Shown piece by piece: positions 12,010-25,326 of a stretch of 64,000 bases of DNA (the stretch's first letter is position 1; each line of letters opens with the position of its first letter). The DNA is from a virus. The stretch is from the IMG/VR virus record IMGVR_UViG_3300045988_165521; one strand, written 5' to 3'. Both the position numbers and the translations under genes were made by a program. Below the pieces are notes generated by a model. The model was given only the letters and a program-made list of their open reading frames with translations. It was not told the origin of the DNA and did not search any database.

Positions 12010-13352
12010 TATTTCACACTTTTAATTAGTCCACTTCTATCATCTGTATTCTTTAATAGTTCATGACAAACTAATTTTCCAGCTTCAATTGCAATTTCGT
12101 TGGATGAATCTTCTTGATATGCTTTATATAAAGCCTCAAGTTTATCAGTAAATTCTTTTCTAAGTGTCCATTCTTCCTTTTCAATTTCTGCTGTCTGAAC
12201 AATTCCTCCTTCAGATTGTGCTACTACAGGAATTCCTTTTTTAGTAATTTGATCTTTTAATTCTGGATTTACATTTTCTAAATGATGTTTATGTGCATGT
12301 AAGTTTCCTTCAGGAATTAAATTCATCTTACCTCCGAGTTGGAATTTTTGTGTTTCTGTAGATTGTGTTGGTCGTTTCTGTAAGAATGCTCTAGCTTCAT
12401 CTAATTCAGGAAATTTCATTCCGTTTTTAGCCAAGGAATACATATTATCTAATCCATTATAAGTATTGAAGTTTTTACTAGCAAGAGACTGACCTATTTG
12501 ATTATTCAGTCGCTTTTTACCTGCATCTGTAATATCTAAAGTAGTATTTTGCATTCTTCTAGCTCTAGTTATAGCATTTTGGCCTTTTCGATGAAATCCA
12601 AAGTCAAATAATCCAGCTTTTTTATTACTATATTTATCAATACTATTACTGATAAATTTCTTTGAACCACTATATTCGTTACTAATATCAGATGTATTAT
12701 CTACTAATTTATTAATACGCTTTCCTCCAATACCATTAATTAAATTTAATGCAGCTCCAGCAGCCATTCCAATAGGGCCAAGCATACTTAGACCATCACT
12801 TACCATTCCTTGTATTTGAGAACCAGTACCTTCAACACGATCTTTAGTTCCTCCAATAAGATTTCCTATAGTTTTAGCTCCAGTATTAATCATTCCACCC
12901 ATAGGATTAAATTGACTTACTACATTGTGTCCTATGTCTTTAACTCCAGACATTACTTGAGCAGTAGATCCAGTTTTCTCATTTCCTACAAGGGCTGTGT
13001 TAAGATTTCCAATGAACTGGTCTCCCATTTGAAAAGCTCCTCCAAATTTGCCATTTAGCTTATTTACAGTTTCTGCTCCAGCAAATGTATCATTCTGTCA
13101 ATTTCTAACAGAATCTACAGTTTTTTGTGAAAACATACCTTTTGCGGTAGAGAAAGGATTCCTTTTATCTGCATCAGAATCAGATTTAGTATCTTTAAAA
13201 TTTCCAATATCTGATTTGATTTTATTCATAGAAGCACTAATGAAAGCATTATAGTTTCCTAAGTTAAGACCAAGCTGTTTTAACATATCTGGACTAATAA
13301 TATTCCCAGAACTAACTCCTCCTATTTCCATTTTTTTTATTCTTTTATGCAT
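12009..13352 (-). CDS. virion protein, 447 aa, N-terminus MHKRIKKMEIGG
   Basis: Track ORFs 13098..13352 and 12009..13028 are in frame and joined through TGA at 13098. The gap has no TAA/TAG. It contains FQLGGKMNLIPEGNLHAHKHH. Confidence 0.7.
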
Positions 13353-16300
13353 AACTTTGAGTCATTAATGTTTGTAATGCAGTAATAATAACAAGTTTAT
13401 CACCTTTATATTTAACTCTAATTCTTGCATATTTATCTCGAACTTTAGTTGCCTTTAATGGAGATTCAAAATCATTAGAGCTTGTTTGTTCATAATATAT
13501 TGGTTGTACTTGGAAATACCAAGAATCTTCACTATAGTATATATTACCTAATCGTCTTCCATATTCTTTTATATTTAAACAATCTGCATGTACATTTAAG
13601 TAATATTCATTTCGAATTGGATCTCATGTAACTTCTGTTTTATATCCTTTAGATTCTTTATCTAAATAGATTTCTGGGAAATTAGCGTTTGTAGATTCAT
13701 TTTTATTAAAAGTTTTATTTCTATAAATAGCTCTTTTACTAAATTCATATACATCTCCAGTAATTTCTATTTCAATAGAATTTGGTTCAACATTATTAGA
13801 TATTATTACTAAATTGTCAAATATTTTATGAATTCCTTTTGGTTCATTAACTATAAATTCAAACTCAAAAGGTTCCTGTTTATTATATCATTTAGTAGGT
13901 AATATTTGATTTGTTTCATCACTATCAAAATAATTTATCTCATCAATAATGTTACTTCTACCATGTACGAAAATATTATATAATAGTGCCTTATTTCAAT
14001 CATCTTGATATTTCAACATGTCGAATTCTTTTAGCACCTCATAAGGAATAATAGCTCCAGCTGTATATGATCGTTCAATTCCAAAAACAATACAATTACT
14101 CATAAGATTTCCACTCTCATCTTCAGAAGGATTATCTTCTGATGAAGTTACAACATATGGAGTATATTTTACTTCAATAGTATAATATAAATAGCCTCTA
14201 TCCTCTTTTCTGTATAGATCTTTAAATTCTATTGAAAATGGAGCCGCATCCTTCTGTTCAAGATAATTAGCATAGATTATTTTCTGACGGTCCTCTTCTG
14301 ATTCAGCATCTATAGCATTTCCAACATTTTTATTTTTAATTTCAACCCAATTCTCACTTACTTCATCCATAAGCCAGGTTTCTTCATTTGCTTTGCATTC
14401 AATAAGTGAATCAGTTTTTATTTCATCTTCGTCTCAGTAATATCCTTTTATAACGACACTATTAACATTATATCCATCATATCCATCAACTGTGAAAGTA
14501 AACTTTGAGTATTCTCTATCAGAAGTAACATATTTTCCAGTTCATTCTTCTCCTACCTTTACAAGATCATCAGTTTTCCGAAGATTATTACTTATTATAC
14601 TAAATATTTTACTCTTAAGCAAATCAAAACTAAAATATGTATTATTTATATTTTCTGATAATAAAGGAACTCACGAATATCTAGTAACTCACATGCTACG
14701 TACTTCATTATAACATATATTCCAAATTTTATCATTATTATAAAAAGTGAACATAACATCATTTTTATAAGCATTAAAGTGAGTTTTAACATTTCTCGTT
14801 CCTAATGCTACTGTTTTTTCAAGTTCCTTAAGATTTATTTCATCATTAAGGAATCTTTGAATTGTAAAATCAGATATAAGTTCAAGACCTCTATCAGAAA
14901 ATCTCCAAATTTTCTTAGTATATGTATCAACACCATATACTGCCCTAGGAGTTCTTATAATAGAGTCTTTTCATATAGAACCATACATATCAGATATAAT
15001 TGTCATTTGCTTTTGTAATACTCCAGATCCATACATATGAATATTTTGCCCAGTAATAGTTTGAATAAGAGCTTTTTCATTTATTGGAACAATAGCTATA
15101 GCATGTTCAAATACAGTTAATAGATTTCCTCCTCAAGGAAGAATTTTTACTATACCTCCATATTGTCTATCTAAATCTTCATATGATAATCCTTGGAATA
15201 CCTTATATGAGTTCTTAAAGTTTCCATCTACCTGAATATCACTAAACATTATACGAGTATCAAACTCGTCAACCTCATAAGGTACATCTATGTGCTTATA
15301 ATTTCTTTTAAATCCTAGAGTAGTACTATATCCTCTATTATATAAGTTACTTTCTGGAATTTTAGCAGAAGATTTAGTAGACATACCTTGTATAGGATAA
15401 AATCCTCTTGGATTTCCCATTAATGCAATTTCTTCTGTATTAAACTCATCAATACTTCTAAGAGAAATATTATTATTAGATAATCCTTTAAATGTTACTC
15501 AACTTCCAATAGCTACTGCATTAATATCTCCAATATTTATATCATCCCAGTTTTCAGTATTTCTAATACCTTTAAAATTATCTTTTCAAGTATTAAAATC
15601 TACTATTGTATCATTTGTAGGAACTGTTTGAGAAGTGAAGTTTCTATGTAACCTAATGGTAGTTGTATAAGTAAAGCAATCACCACGATATAATATTGGA
15701 ATCATACTCCAATTAAATTCTATAGAATTACCTTCCACGTCTTTATAATCAGTAGTACAATCTGTAATATCTTTGTCTTTTATTACACTAGTATCTGTAG
15801 CATATCTATCAGATACTGCAAAGTAAGGAGAATTATCATCGATTCTTATTTGAAAATATTCCTTATTAAATGTTTCGGAGTAATTTTTTATATAAACATT
15901 ATATAATGATGATTTACCAAGTAAAGTGTTACATCCTACAAAATCAGTAAATACTCCTCTAACTAATTGAGCATCGCTTGATTCTATATCCTCTTTTCCA
16001 AAACAGGTTTGTTGTTTAATTTCTTCTTGCATTCCTGCTCTAGTACAAAAGATATTATCATTAATAATTTTCTGAGGAATATCCGAGTCTATATATAAAA
16101 GTTCGCTTGTTGTTTCTGCATTTGTACTTTCAACATTTGTTAAATCTAAGGTATAACTTCTTCCTGATGCGTTATATTGATTAAACTTGTATGCTTCTAC
16201 TAATTTATATCTATCTGAGTTAAGTAGAGATTGCATTTGCTTATCACACTTAACATCTGCTGATAATAATCCTGAATAGCTACAATTGTTACTATATATA

Positions 16301-17865
16301 AGTTTTGAATCATAATCGTTAATCAATACCTTATTTTTATTTACAAAAGATTCTGTTACAAGCTTTGGATTTTGGCCTCCTTCAGAAAGATCAAGACAAG
16401 GAACTCCACTTACAGTGTCAACTCCTATAGATAACCCAGAGAATAAAAATGTTGGAATACGCTGTTGCCTAACAAAGTAGTATCCCTTAATATTCAGTTC
16501 TTTAAGTTTATTAATTACAAATTCAGGGATTCTAATTTTTAATCCCAATGGCTTCACAGATTTTCCGTCATGATCAATAATAGTCTTATCTTTAGTAAAT
16601 CTAAATACTCCTCTTGTATTTTCTAAAGTTTCTAAAGATATAAAATCTTTATTTTCTATAGTTTCAGGATCTCTTAAGTCTATATTATAATCATAATTAC
16701 ATTTATTACTTGATATTATCTCTCCATTATCCCCTTTTTCTTTAAAATGATAAGTTGAAAGATTAAAATCAATACCTCTAAGATTATATACAGGAGATAA
16801 ATGCTCATCATTATATATAAATACTACTCCTAGTCTATAAATTTCTCCAGGGAAATATCCAAGTCTATAATATATATTATATGGAGAATAGTATTCTGCA
16901 GCAGTAATATCCCCTTTATAAATTCCATATTTATCTGTAATATATCCTATATCATGTTCTTGACATTCTTCTACATTAATATATAACGCAAGATTACTTA
17001 AAGTGGCAGAGTCTTCTTTAAGTTTTGAAACATTTGCAAAGAATAATCTATTTTGAACTTGTGCCTGGCTTTTTACAGACTCTACATAGTTATATTGTAT
17101 ATTTAAATCTTCTGCAGTTATGTCTTCAAGTTCTTCAAATCCATTAATGGTTATTGTTTGATTGACATCAGTTATTTCATAAGTCTTTTTTATTTTATGA
17201 AAATCTGTTTTAGAAATACCATTTACATCACAACTTGTTCTACTATAATATATATTTATATAACTAAAAGACGTATCTATATTCTTAAGATAAAGTATTA
17301 TAGATTTATCAGTACGTTCATCCATATAAGCTCCAACACAAGTCTTAGGATTTGATAAATCTCCTTTAAATACAGACACTATTCCTGATTCAGCAACAAT
17401 ATCAGTTTCATTATAGTCACTATCAGAATATTTTATATAAAATATATAATTCCCTCCTTTGAGAGTTCCAAAGTAATCTACATTTTTAAATTGAATCTTT
17501 GGAATTCTAGTAACGTTTCTAAATAACCTAGTTTGTTGATCTAATTCATTTTCTGTATATAAATTAGATTGTTTAATTTGGTTTCGATTTATAATTTTAT
17601 ATCTATTATTTTCTAATAACGCTACTCTAGTATTTATTATTCTAGGAGGATTTTTATCATCGTTGAATATTAAATTTGTACTTCCATCATAAGAACTTTG
17701 ACATTCTATGTCTATAGGATTTTCTAGATCTAATTTTAATTGAGAATTACTTACTGTAAAATCATCAATCTGATCATCAGATTTTTTTAAATTACGTAAA
17801 GGATTATACTCTCAAGCAATATCTCCAGTATCCTTGTACTTTTTTACTTTCAGTTTTATATCCAT
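13345..17865 (-). CDS. very large tail/baseplate-type structural protein, 1506 aa
   Basis: ATG at 17865 (TAATG overlap with the upstream stop). Track ORFs 15586..17379, 15133..15420 and 13996..14370 share the frame. All gaps were checked and contain only TGA. TAA at 13345-13347. Confidence 0.7.
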
Positions 17866-20800
17866 TATTGCCCGTCATCATATATATTAGAAATAAACTC
17901 TCTTGCTACAGAACGCGTATTATTATCTGTCTCTCTCATAAACAATTCTAAAGTAGCATCCATATTAGATCTTACTTGATCTGTAAACACCATACTTTTT
18001 ATAGCATTAGTTAATTTCACTTTATTTGCATTCTCATTATACTCATGAATAAGATACAGGTCTCCACTTTTTATATTCGGCTGTCTTTCTAATTCATCTA
18101 CTTTAATTCTTACATCACTATTCTTATTATCTATTAACCTTTGGAGTTCATATTTAAAAGATTCATCAGGAGTAACTATACAATTAAAATTGACATTTGT
18201 ATTTGTAGATATCACATTATTGTCTGCAAAAGATACTCCATTAAATATTGAATCTATTTCATCTGGAATGTCAACTCCCTCATCCATGAAATATTTTCAA
18301 TTATATGTTCCAGAAAGATTAATAGTTTTTATATATACTGGATTTATAAGAGATTCTCTATAGTTATATAAAGAATAATAAATTATATTATTTTTAGAAG
18401 ACATACAATATCTTAAACAGTATATCATCATAAGATAGGAATATATACAAGTTTTAGAAATATAAGAAGCATCTTTCTCTGAAGGCGCCTTATTAGCACA
18501 GTAATATATACAAGGTCATGAATTTTTTGTTTCATATGACATTGCAAGACAGAAATTATTTGCAGATCCGTATCTGCTAAAGAAACCAGAATCTCCAGAA
18601 TGGCTACTATCATTACCATATTTTGCATTATAGAAATTATATATATTAAATCCATAATCATCTGCATAACTTTTTGTACTAGTTGCAGAATGGCCATTTG
18701 GTTTTCAATCTGTTCTATGCCAATTAGTTCCACTTGAAATATTTAAATCTCCAAGAACACTAGGTCAGTTCTTTTCTGGAGTGAATGCTTCTGTATTCTC
18801 ACCATAATACAACTTATTGTTTTCAAACCTAATAGTAAAAGGACCTACCTCTTTCCACCAGAAACACATTGATCATTTATCTCTTCCAGAACCGTCTTTT
18901 CTAAATTCTACATATTCAGGTCTATATTCTATTGTATGAGTATCGTCTTTATCTGTAACTTTAGTTTTAGTTTTTCCAATAGGATGATATTCATATAAAT
19001 ATTTATCACTACTACTGATTTCTTTTACAATATTATATTCAGTATTTGTAACTGTAAAAGTATTAAACAAATCAAATGAAAAAGATCCATCTATTTTATT
19101 AAAGAGTAGTGTATAAGTATTGCCTTTAGAATCTATAGCCTTGCCATTGTTAACAGTAACGCCTTTAGAAGTGATTCATCTTCATAATCTACCGTCATCT
19201 CCATTTTGGTCTTTTGGAACAGATATAGTATATACTTCAGAGTTTCCTACCTTTTTAATAGAATATGTATTGCCTTGTTTAAATATAGTCTTAATTCCAA
19301 TCTTAGAAGTATCATACGTTTCTCCAGGAGGTTCTGGATATACTAATTTAATTTCACTAAAATAGTCACTAGAATCAAATGAATAATTATTTATTTTTTC
19401 ATCTTTTGAATCTTCATTACCTCTTCGTTTTAGAAAAGCAGTTTCTGTAAACGCATAATTACCTGAATTAAGTTCGAGTTTTATATAATCAGCAAAGTAA
19501 TTTACAAGGTCTTGTCCTGTAATATCCTTAAAGTTATCTTTAACATAATATCACCTATTTACAAGTTCTGTGGCATAAATTCTATTTTCGGCAGGTTCTA
19601 TATCTCCTCTAATAGGATTTCCAGATTCAATATTAATAACATAACGAAGACTTAGAAAGTATATATCCTCTTTATTAAAATTAACTTTTTTTATCTTAGG
19701 TTCTCCAGTTTGAGTAGTATCATACTCTGCTATGTCTTCATTATTTTCAGAAAAGGGTATATCTATAATAATAGTTCCATTACTTATTATATCAGAAACC
19801 GAAGTCCAATCAATAGCAGTATAGGGGTTGTCTGAATCTGAAGTAGAATATCTTTCTAACTTATATTCAAGGCTAACTCCAGGAAAACTTTCTCAAGAAG
19901 TAAGCATTGTTAGAGAATTATCTCCTACAAAATATTTAAAATAATTTCTTCCAAAGTGTATTTCATTAGGATCTATTGTTATAGGATCTCTAGAAATTGT
20001 TTGTGTAAATTGACTATATATTATATAATTTTTCTTACCTTCATTTTCAACTAATAATGCGGGAGTAATATATTTGTAGTTTCCAAGCGTTTTTGCCTCA
20101 ATAGTATTAAATATTATAGACTGGAAATTATTATAAGATATTAATTGATTAGGCTCTAGACTTATTGGAGATAATTTACTTATATTTTTTTCATCTAAAG
20201 TATCATAATCATGTAAAAAATATACTAAATTATTTTGAATCTTATCTAAATCTCCATCAGCATAATTTACAAGATTCCAATAAGTTTGTACTCTAAGATC
20301 TCCGCCTGGATAAACTTTTATAGCATTTGAATCACTATTATCTACATATATCTTACTTTTATCAAAATATATATTAAATTGTTCTGGAACCGTAATACTA
20401 AACTTTACAGCAAGCCAACCAGGAATATCCCAAGATACAGGAATCCAATCACTTCTATTAGTTGTGGATTTATCGACTTGTAATTCAAGAAGCCCATCTA
20501 TATTATACAATTTATTTTCATCTGTAAGAATATAAGGAACTAAGTGTCTATAGTATTTATTGTTTAACTGTTCAAGTGCTTCCTTAAAGGAATATTCATC
20601 TAAATTTTCATATATAAGAAGATACTTATCTCCTGGATTTAAATAAAAATTAGGATCTTTACTAAGAAGTATGATTTTAGTTTCACCTTCTAAATCTTTA
20701 TATAAAGATGTTTTATCAATAATAATATCCTCAATTGTAGCATCCTTATTATCTACAATTGGGGTAAAGATTGTTTGTTGTGATGGAAAACTTCCAATTT

Positions 20801-21068
20801 CTACTTTGTCGTCAATTGGATTATATGAAATAATATATAATACTCCTTGGTGTTCTTTCATTCCAACAGGAACAAAACCATTACTCAAAGCTCCATTTTT
20901 AAACCCATAATTACCCATATCGTTCTGTAAGGCAAATTCATTACCATTATAAGTAATTAAAGTGCCGTTTAAACAATCAGTCATTACAGTATTTGGAACC
21001 ATTAATGGTTCTATATCCTTTATCATTCCTCCATTAAACTGATTTATTTGATTTAATTTGTTCTTCAT
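17865..21068 (-). CDS. large tail structural protein, 1067 aa
   Basis: ATG at 21068. Pieces 19893..21068, 18873..19070 and 17865..18287 are in one frame. Gaps 19071-19892 and 18288-18872 contain no TAA/TAG. TAA at 17865-17867. Confidence 0.7.
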
Positions 21069-21073
21069 AGTTA

Positions 21074-22903
21074 TTATGTAGTTATTGCTGCAGAAGGAAC
21101 CTTAACTTCTCCAGATGCAGATATAGTAATTTGAGTATCTCCACTTCCTAAAGTTGCAGAACCATCTTCATATACAATTAAAGGTCCAAACTTACAAAAA
21201 GTATCATAGTTATTAATATTATATAGATTGCCTCTCTTCAAACTACATTTACCTGTATTTTCGATACTAATTCAATTTTCTTGAGCATCATTTATTCCAA
21301 CGAATGATGTTCCTGAAGCAGATATTTTAAGATAACTCTTTTGTTCAGCACTATTGTATAGGTATATAGTTGGGTTATTTAAATAACAGTTATCACTATA
21401 AATCCCTATTCCAGAAGGATTTAGTATATCGTCTGATATTACAGATAAATTTCCAATAACTGTATTACTAGTTTGATAAAAACCGATAGATTCAGGATTA
21501 GTTTCTAGTATAATATTATAATACTCTGAAGTTTCTTCAGGCTCTTGATAATATTGTACATTAATTGAGGTAAACGGTTGTTCTTCAGTATCTGAAGTTA
21601 GATTCTCAGCTTCTGAATATGCATACAACCCAATAGATTCTGAAGAAAGAGCTAGAAAGCTTGCTTTATCTGAAATGTATGTAGTATGTACATATATTTC
21701 GTCATTATTAATACCTGTGACTATGAACTTTGCACTAATATTCTCAATCTCCTCAGATGTATCTTTTTTGTATTCATTTATAATTAATTCTCCCTCTGTA
21801 CCAGGAGTAACAAATCCTGAATCTATATATAATTTTAAAACGACACCATTAAATGTAGATTTATTTTCCTCTGGAATAATGTAAATTTTTGTTATAATCT
21901 CATTATATAGATTAGATGAACGTGCAATATTTTCTGCACTTTCAGTAATTTCTGTATCTTCTGTAATTTCTTCAGGATCTATATAATAATTATCTGCAAC
22001 AGATAATGGTATGCACGAAATATTCTTTCAAGATTCAATGTTTATTGGCTCCCAATAAAAAGATTCTGATAAAAGTTGTTTATCAAAATCTAATTGATGA
22101 GAGGTATATGTTGATGGAGTTTGTCAATTATAACTTGTATTTACAGATTTTACAAGATCTTTAGCAAACTCAACGAATGTAGTCTTACTAGTATTTATTC
22201 CTTTTACAGAATATAATTTATATAGAAGCTGTAAAATATTTATTCCAAGATCATATAGATTTCCATCAATATCTAGCTCGCTTGCTGTAACACTTATATT
22301 TCCTCCAATTGAGATATTTCCAGAAAGAGTTTCAAAACTAAGTTTTTTAATATTAGCATTACTACAAACTACTGTATTACATGTAACTTTCCCATCTTCA
22401 GCTATAAATTTTCCATCTGTAGTTTCTAATGTATTAAAAGAGATGTTCTGTTTATTTAATAATGCTTGAATATCATTTCAACTATGCCCATCAATAAACT
22501 GTGCATTAAGATTACTTATAACTTCTGAACTACTTAATTTAAATGGAGGGGTTCCATTAAATATTACAGTATTATCAAATATTATATTCCCTTCAAGAGA
22601 AGCATCTGAATTTTGAGAATCACTAAAACTAAAATAACTATTATCTAATGTATAATAAATTCCTCCGTTTAATGCAAAGATTATTTTTCTATCTCCAGGA
22701 TATTCATACTGCCCTGTCTCATATAATAATATATCGTCTACAATTATAATTTTAGACTCTATAGATTCTTCGTCTTCATCATCAGTTGTTTCTTTATCAT
22801 AATTTAACTTATAATATTTATCTCCAACTTTTACTCTTATTACCCCACTAGTTTCAAAAACTAAATTTCTTCTAGGAGACCCTATTATTTCTTCTTTTGC
22901 CAT
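21074..22903 (-). CDS. tail structural protein, 609 aa
   Basis: ATG at 22903. Pieces 22478..22903 and 21272..21628 are in frame. Gaps were checked. Double TAA at 21071-21076. Confidence 0.7.
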
Positions 22904-22904
22904 A

Positions 22905-23441
22905 TTAAATCATTATTATTTTATTTTTTACATCTCTATATGCTATATATTCAAAGTTTCTTGTTGTGATTTCACTTTTTAAAAATGTCCATCCAACATC
23001 AATTGGATAGTATAATTTAAAGAAATGTGTTCTAGATCTATCTAAATAACACTCTTCTTGTATTTTATATAACTTCAAATCTCTAAACTTTATTTTAGAT
23101 CTACGCTTTGAAGTTATCTGAGTTTTATAAAATTCTCACTCAGCTTCAGTTAGACCGAAATAGTACGCTCCGTTATATACTTCTTGAGCGTACTTATATT
23201 TCAGTCTTAATTTAATACGATGTTTAATATTATTATATCTAACTCTTTTATAATCATCAAAAAACATCTTTCCACAAAAAGCAGTATAGTTATGATTTCC
23301 TAAAACTACATCTGCTCCACTTTTAGCTAATAAATGAAAACTACTAAAACCGTGTTCTATAACTCTTTTTAACTCATCTTTTGAGATCTTTGGATATTTT
23401 TCTTGTATAATACCTAAATAATCGTCTAATTCTTTAATCAT
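22905..23441 (-). CDS. small virion/neck-region protein, 178 aa
   Basis: Track ORF 23136..23441 continues through TGA (23136) to TAA at 22905. The gap was checked. Confidence 0.6.
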
Positions 23442-23443
23442 AA

Positions 23444-23881
23444 TTAATAGTACACTTTTGCTTCTTCAGTATATTGATCTATGAGTTTTTTAAGATATTT
23501 ATCAACATAGATTGGTTTTTCCATAGTTTCTTTATTATGCTTCATATATCTATATACTAGCTGGTTTCCTGTAAATTGAGATAATACAAAATCAATATTA
23601 TTAAATTTACCTCTTCTATATGCTTGTTTAAAGTCTTCATCTGCAATTTGTTTCATAGAAATTTCTCCATAATTCCCAAAACGCAGAGGTAGTACAAAGG
23701 TAACATTATTATTTATAATATCCAATAAGATCTCATAAAAACAGTCATCAAAAATCTTAGCAGCTAGATTCTTACGATCTTTATATCTATTTTTTACTCA
23801 TCTTCCTTTTAATAACTTAGGATTTAACCCATTATATAGTTCCCTAGAGTTAAAACCATGAGGAAACATTTTTTTATTCAT
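23444..23881 (-). CDS. small virion/neck-region protein, 145 aa
   Basis: ATG at 23881 (TAATG overlap). There is one in-frame TGA. TAA at 23444. Confidence 0.6.
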
Positions 23882-24570
23882 TAGTTAACAGGTTTAAATG
23901 ATTTCTTATATTGCTTTCTATCCCAACGTGTACGAGCATCAAGAATCTCATTCATTTCATTTTGCGAGATATGTTCAGGAACTCTGGCATCACTACAAGC
24001 TCTCAATCATTCTTGTTTAACTGCTTGAGCTATTTGAAAAGAATTACTATCTCTTAATACAAGACTCTTTTTATATAAATCAATATATGCGGCATATGCA
24101 GCTAACGCAGTTAATTCTTTATCTGTTATAAGTGGCAGTCCATCATCATCTACAATTACACCATGATATAGTACAGATACATTCGAATAATCTCTATCAA
24201 ACTCTAATGCATTATTTATCTCATTATAATTTAATAGTTTTCCTGATTGGTATAATGGATCTTTATTCCATTTTCAAGCTTCATTATATCTTTCATAATA
24301 AGCATTTTGAACTAATGGGAAGATACTAGTGTCTGAAGTAGATTGAAAGTCTTCAAATGGAATTGTTACAGATTCTATAAAAGATAAATTGCAAGGTAAT
24401 TCTAGTATTCTATTTGTAGTATCTCCTACATATCTATACATTCTAGAATGTTTATTACCTATTAACTGTAAACCATTTAAAACTATATCCTCAAAATTAT
24501 CAGGATTTATTGTAACCCCATATAATATATTGGCAAGAGAATATACAGAATTTATATTATTTAACTTCAT
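23881..24570 (-). CDS. head-completion/neck-region protein, 229 aa
   Basis: Track ORF 24274..24570 continues through TGA at 24274 and 24007. TAA at 23881-23883. All triplets were checked. Confidence 0.6.
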
Positions 24571-24572
24571 AA

Positions 24573-25244
24573 TTATTTAGGAGTTTGATCGTTAGGCGTA
24601 ACAGGAGTTGCAAGTTGACGATACCAGCGAATATATTTCTCAGTCATTCTTTTAATAATTTCATCAGATAAAATTCCACAATCTAGATATACCTCAGGGT
24701 TTTCAGAACAACAATCTCATTCTAAAAGCTTTCTTGGATCTAAGAATAGTGCAATTACAGATATATATTTTACAAAAGGAACATTAAAAATATATCCGTC
24801 CATATTACCATTAGAATTAATTGCAGTATCTATATAGACATATGGACTTCCTGGTTTATTTTTTCTATACTTATGAAATCTATAAGTTTCATCTGTATAA
24901 ATATTATAACGAGTATGTCTATCTATACTGCCAACAAATCTTATTGTATCAATTCCGTTTATATAAATAATCGGTGGAATTTCAAAATGTAATGCTTTTT
25001 CTCCAACTTGCAAATTACAACATTTTGACATGTAATCACAATCAACTTCAATACAATTAATTGCTAAAAACAATTCATCTAAATTAAGAATTCCTTTTAA
25101 AAGAAATTCTCTCATTATTTGATTACGCTCTGCCACTACTTCATCCTGAAGTTGCTCTACAGATATTTTTGGATTTGAAGTGATTCCTGCTAATCCAGTT
25201 ACTGTATTATTATATACAGCACTTGCTATTGCTTCTATTGTCAT
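24573..25244 (-). CDS. head-completion/neck-region protein, 223 aa
   Basis: Track ORF 24717..25244 continues through TGA at 24717 to TAA at 24573-24575. Confidence 0.6.
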
Positions 25245-25266
25245 AAACTTCAGTTTAAAAATTAAA

Positions 25267-25296
25267 GGCAGGACAGGGAAATTACCCCGCCCTGCC
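25267..25296 (-). terminator. GC-rich terminator hairpin after 25327..26487
   Basis: ggcaggacaggg ... ccccgccctgcc, followed on the minus strand by a T-rich run. Confidence 0.65.
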
Positions 25297-25326
25297 TTCT
25301 TCTAGTGATATATGTTAAAAGGAGTA

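Noticed and set aside
18428-18733. Alternative-frame minus-strand ORFs (18428..18733, 2170..2355, 36222..36407, 41065..41256, 43684..43944, 60003..60278)
   Set aside because: They are out of frame with the continuous TGA-bridged reading frames that cover the same DNA. Their translations are M/I/L/Q-rich nonsense.
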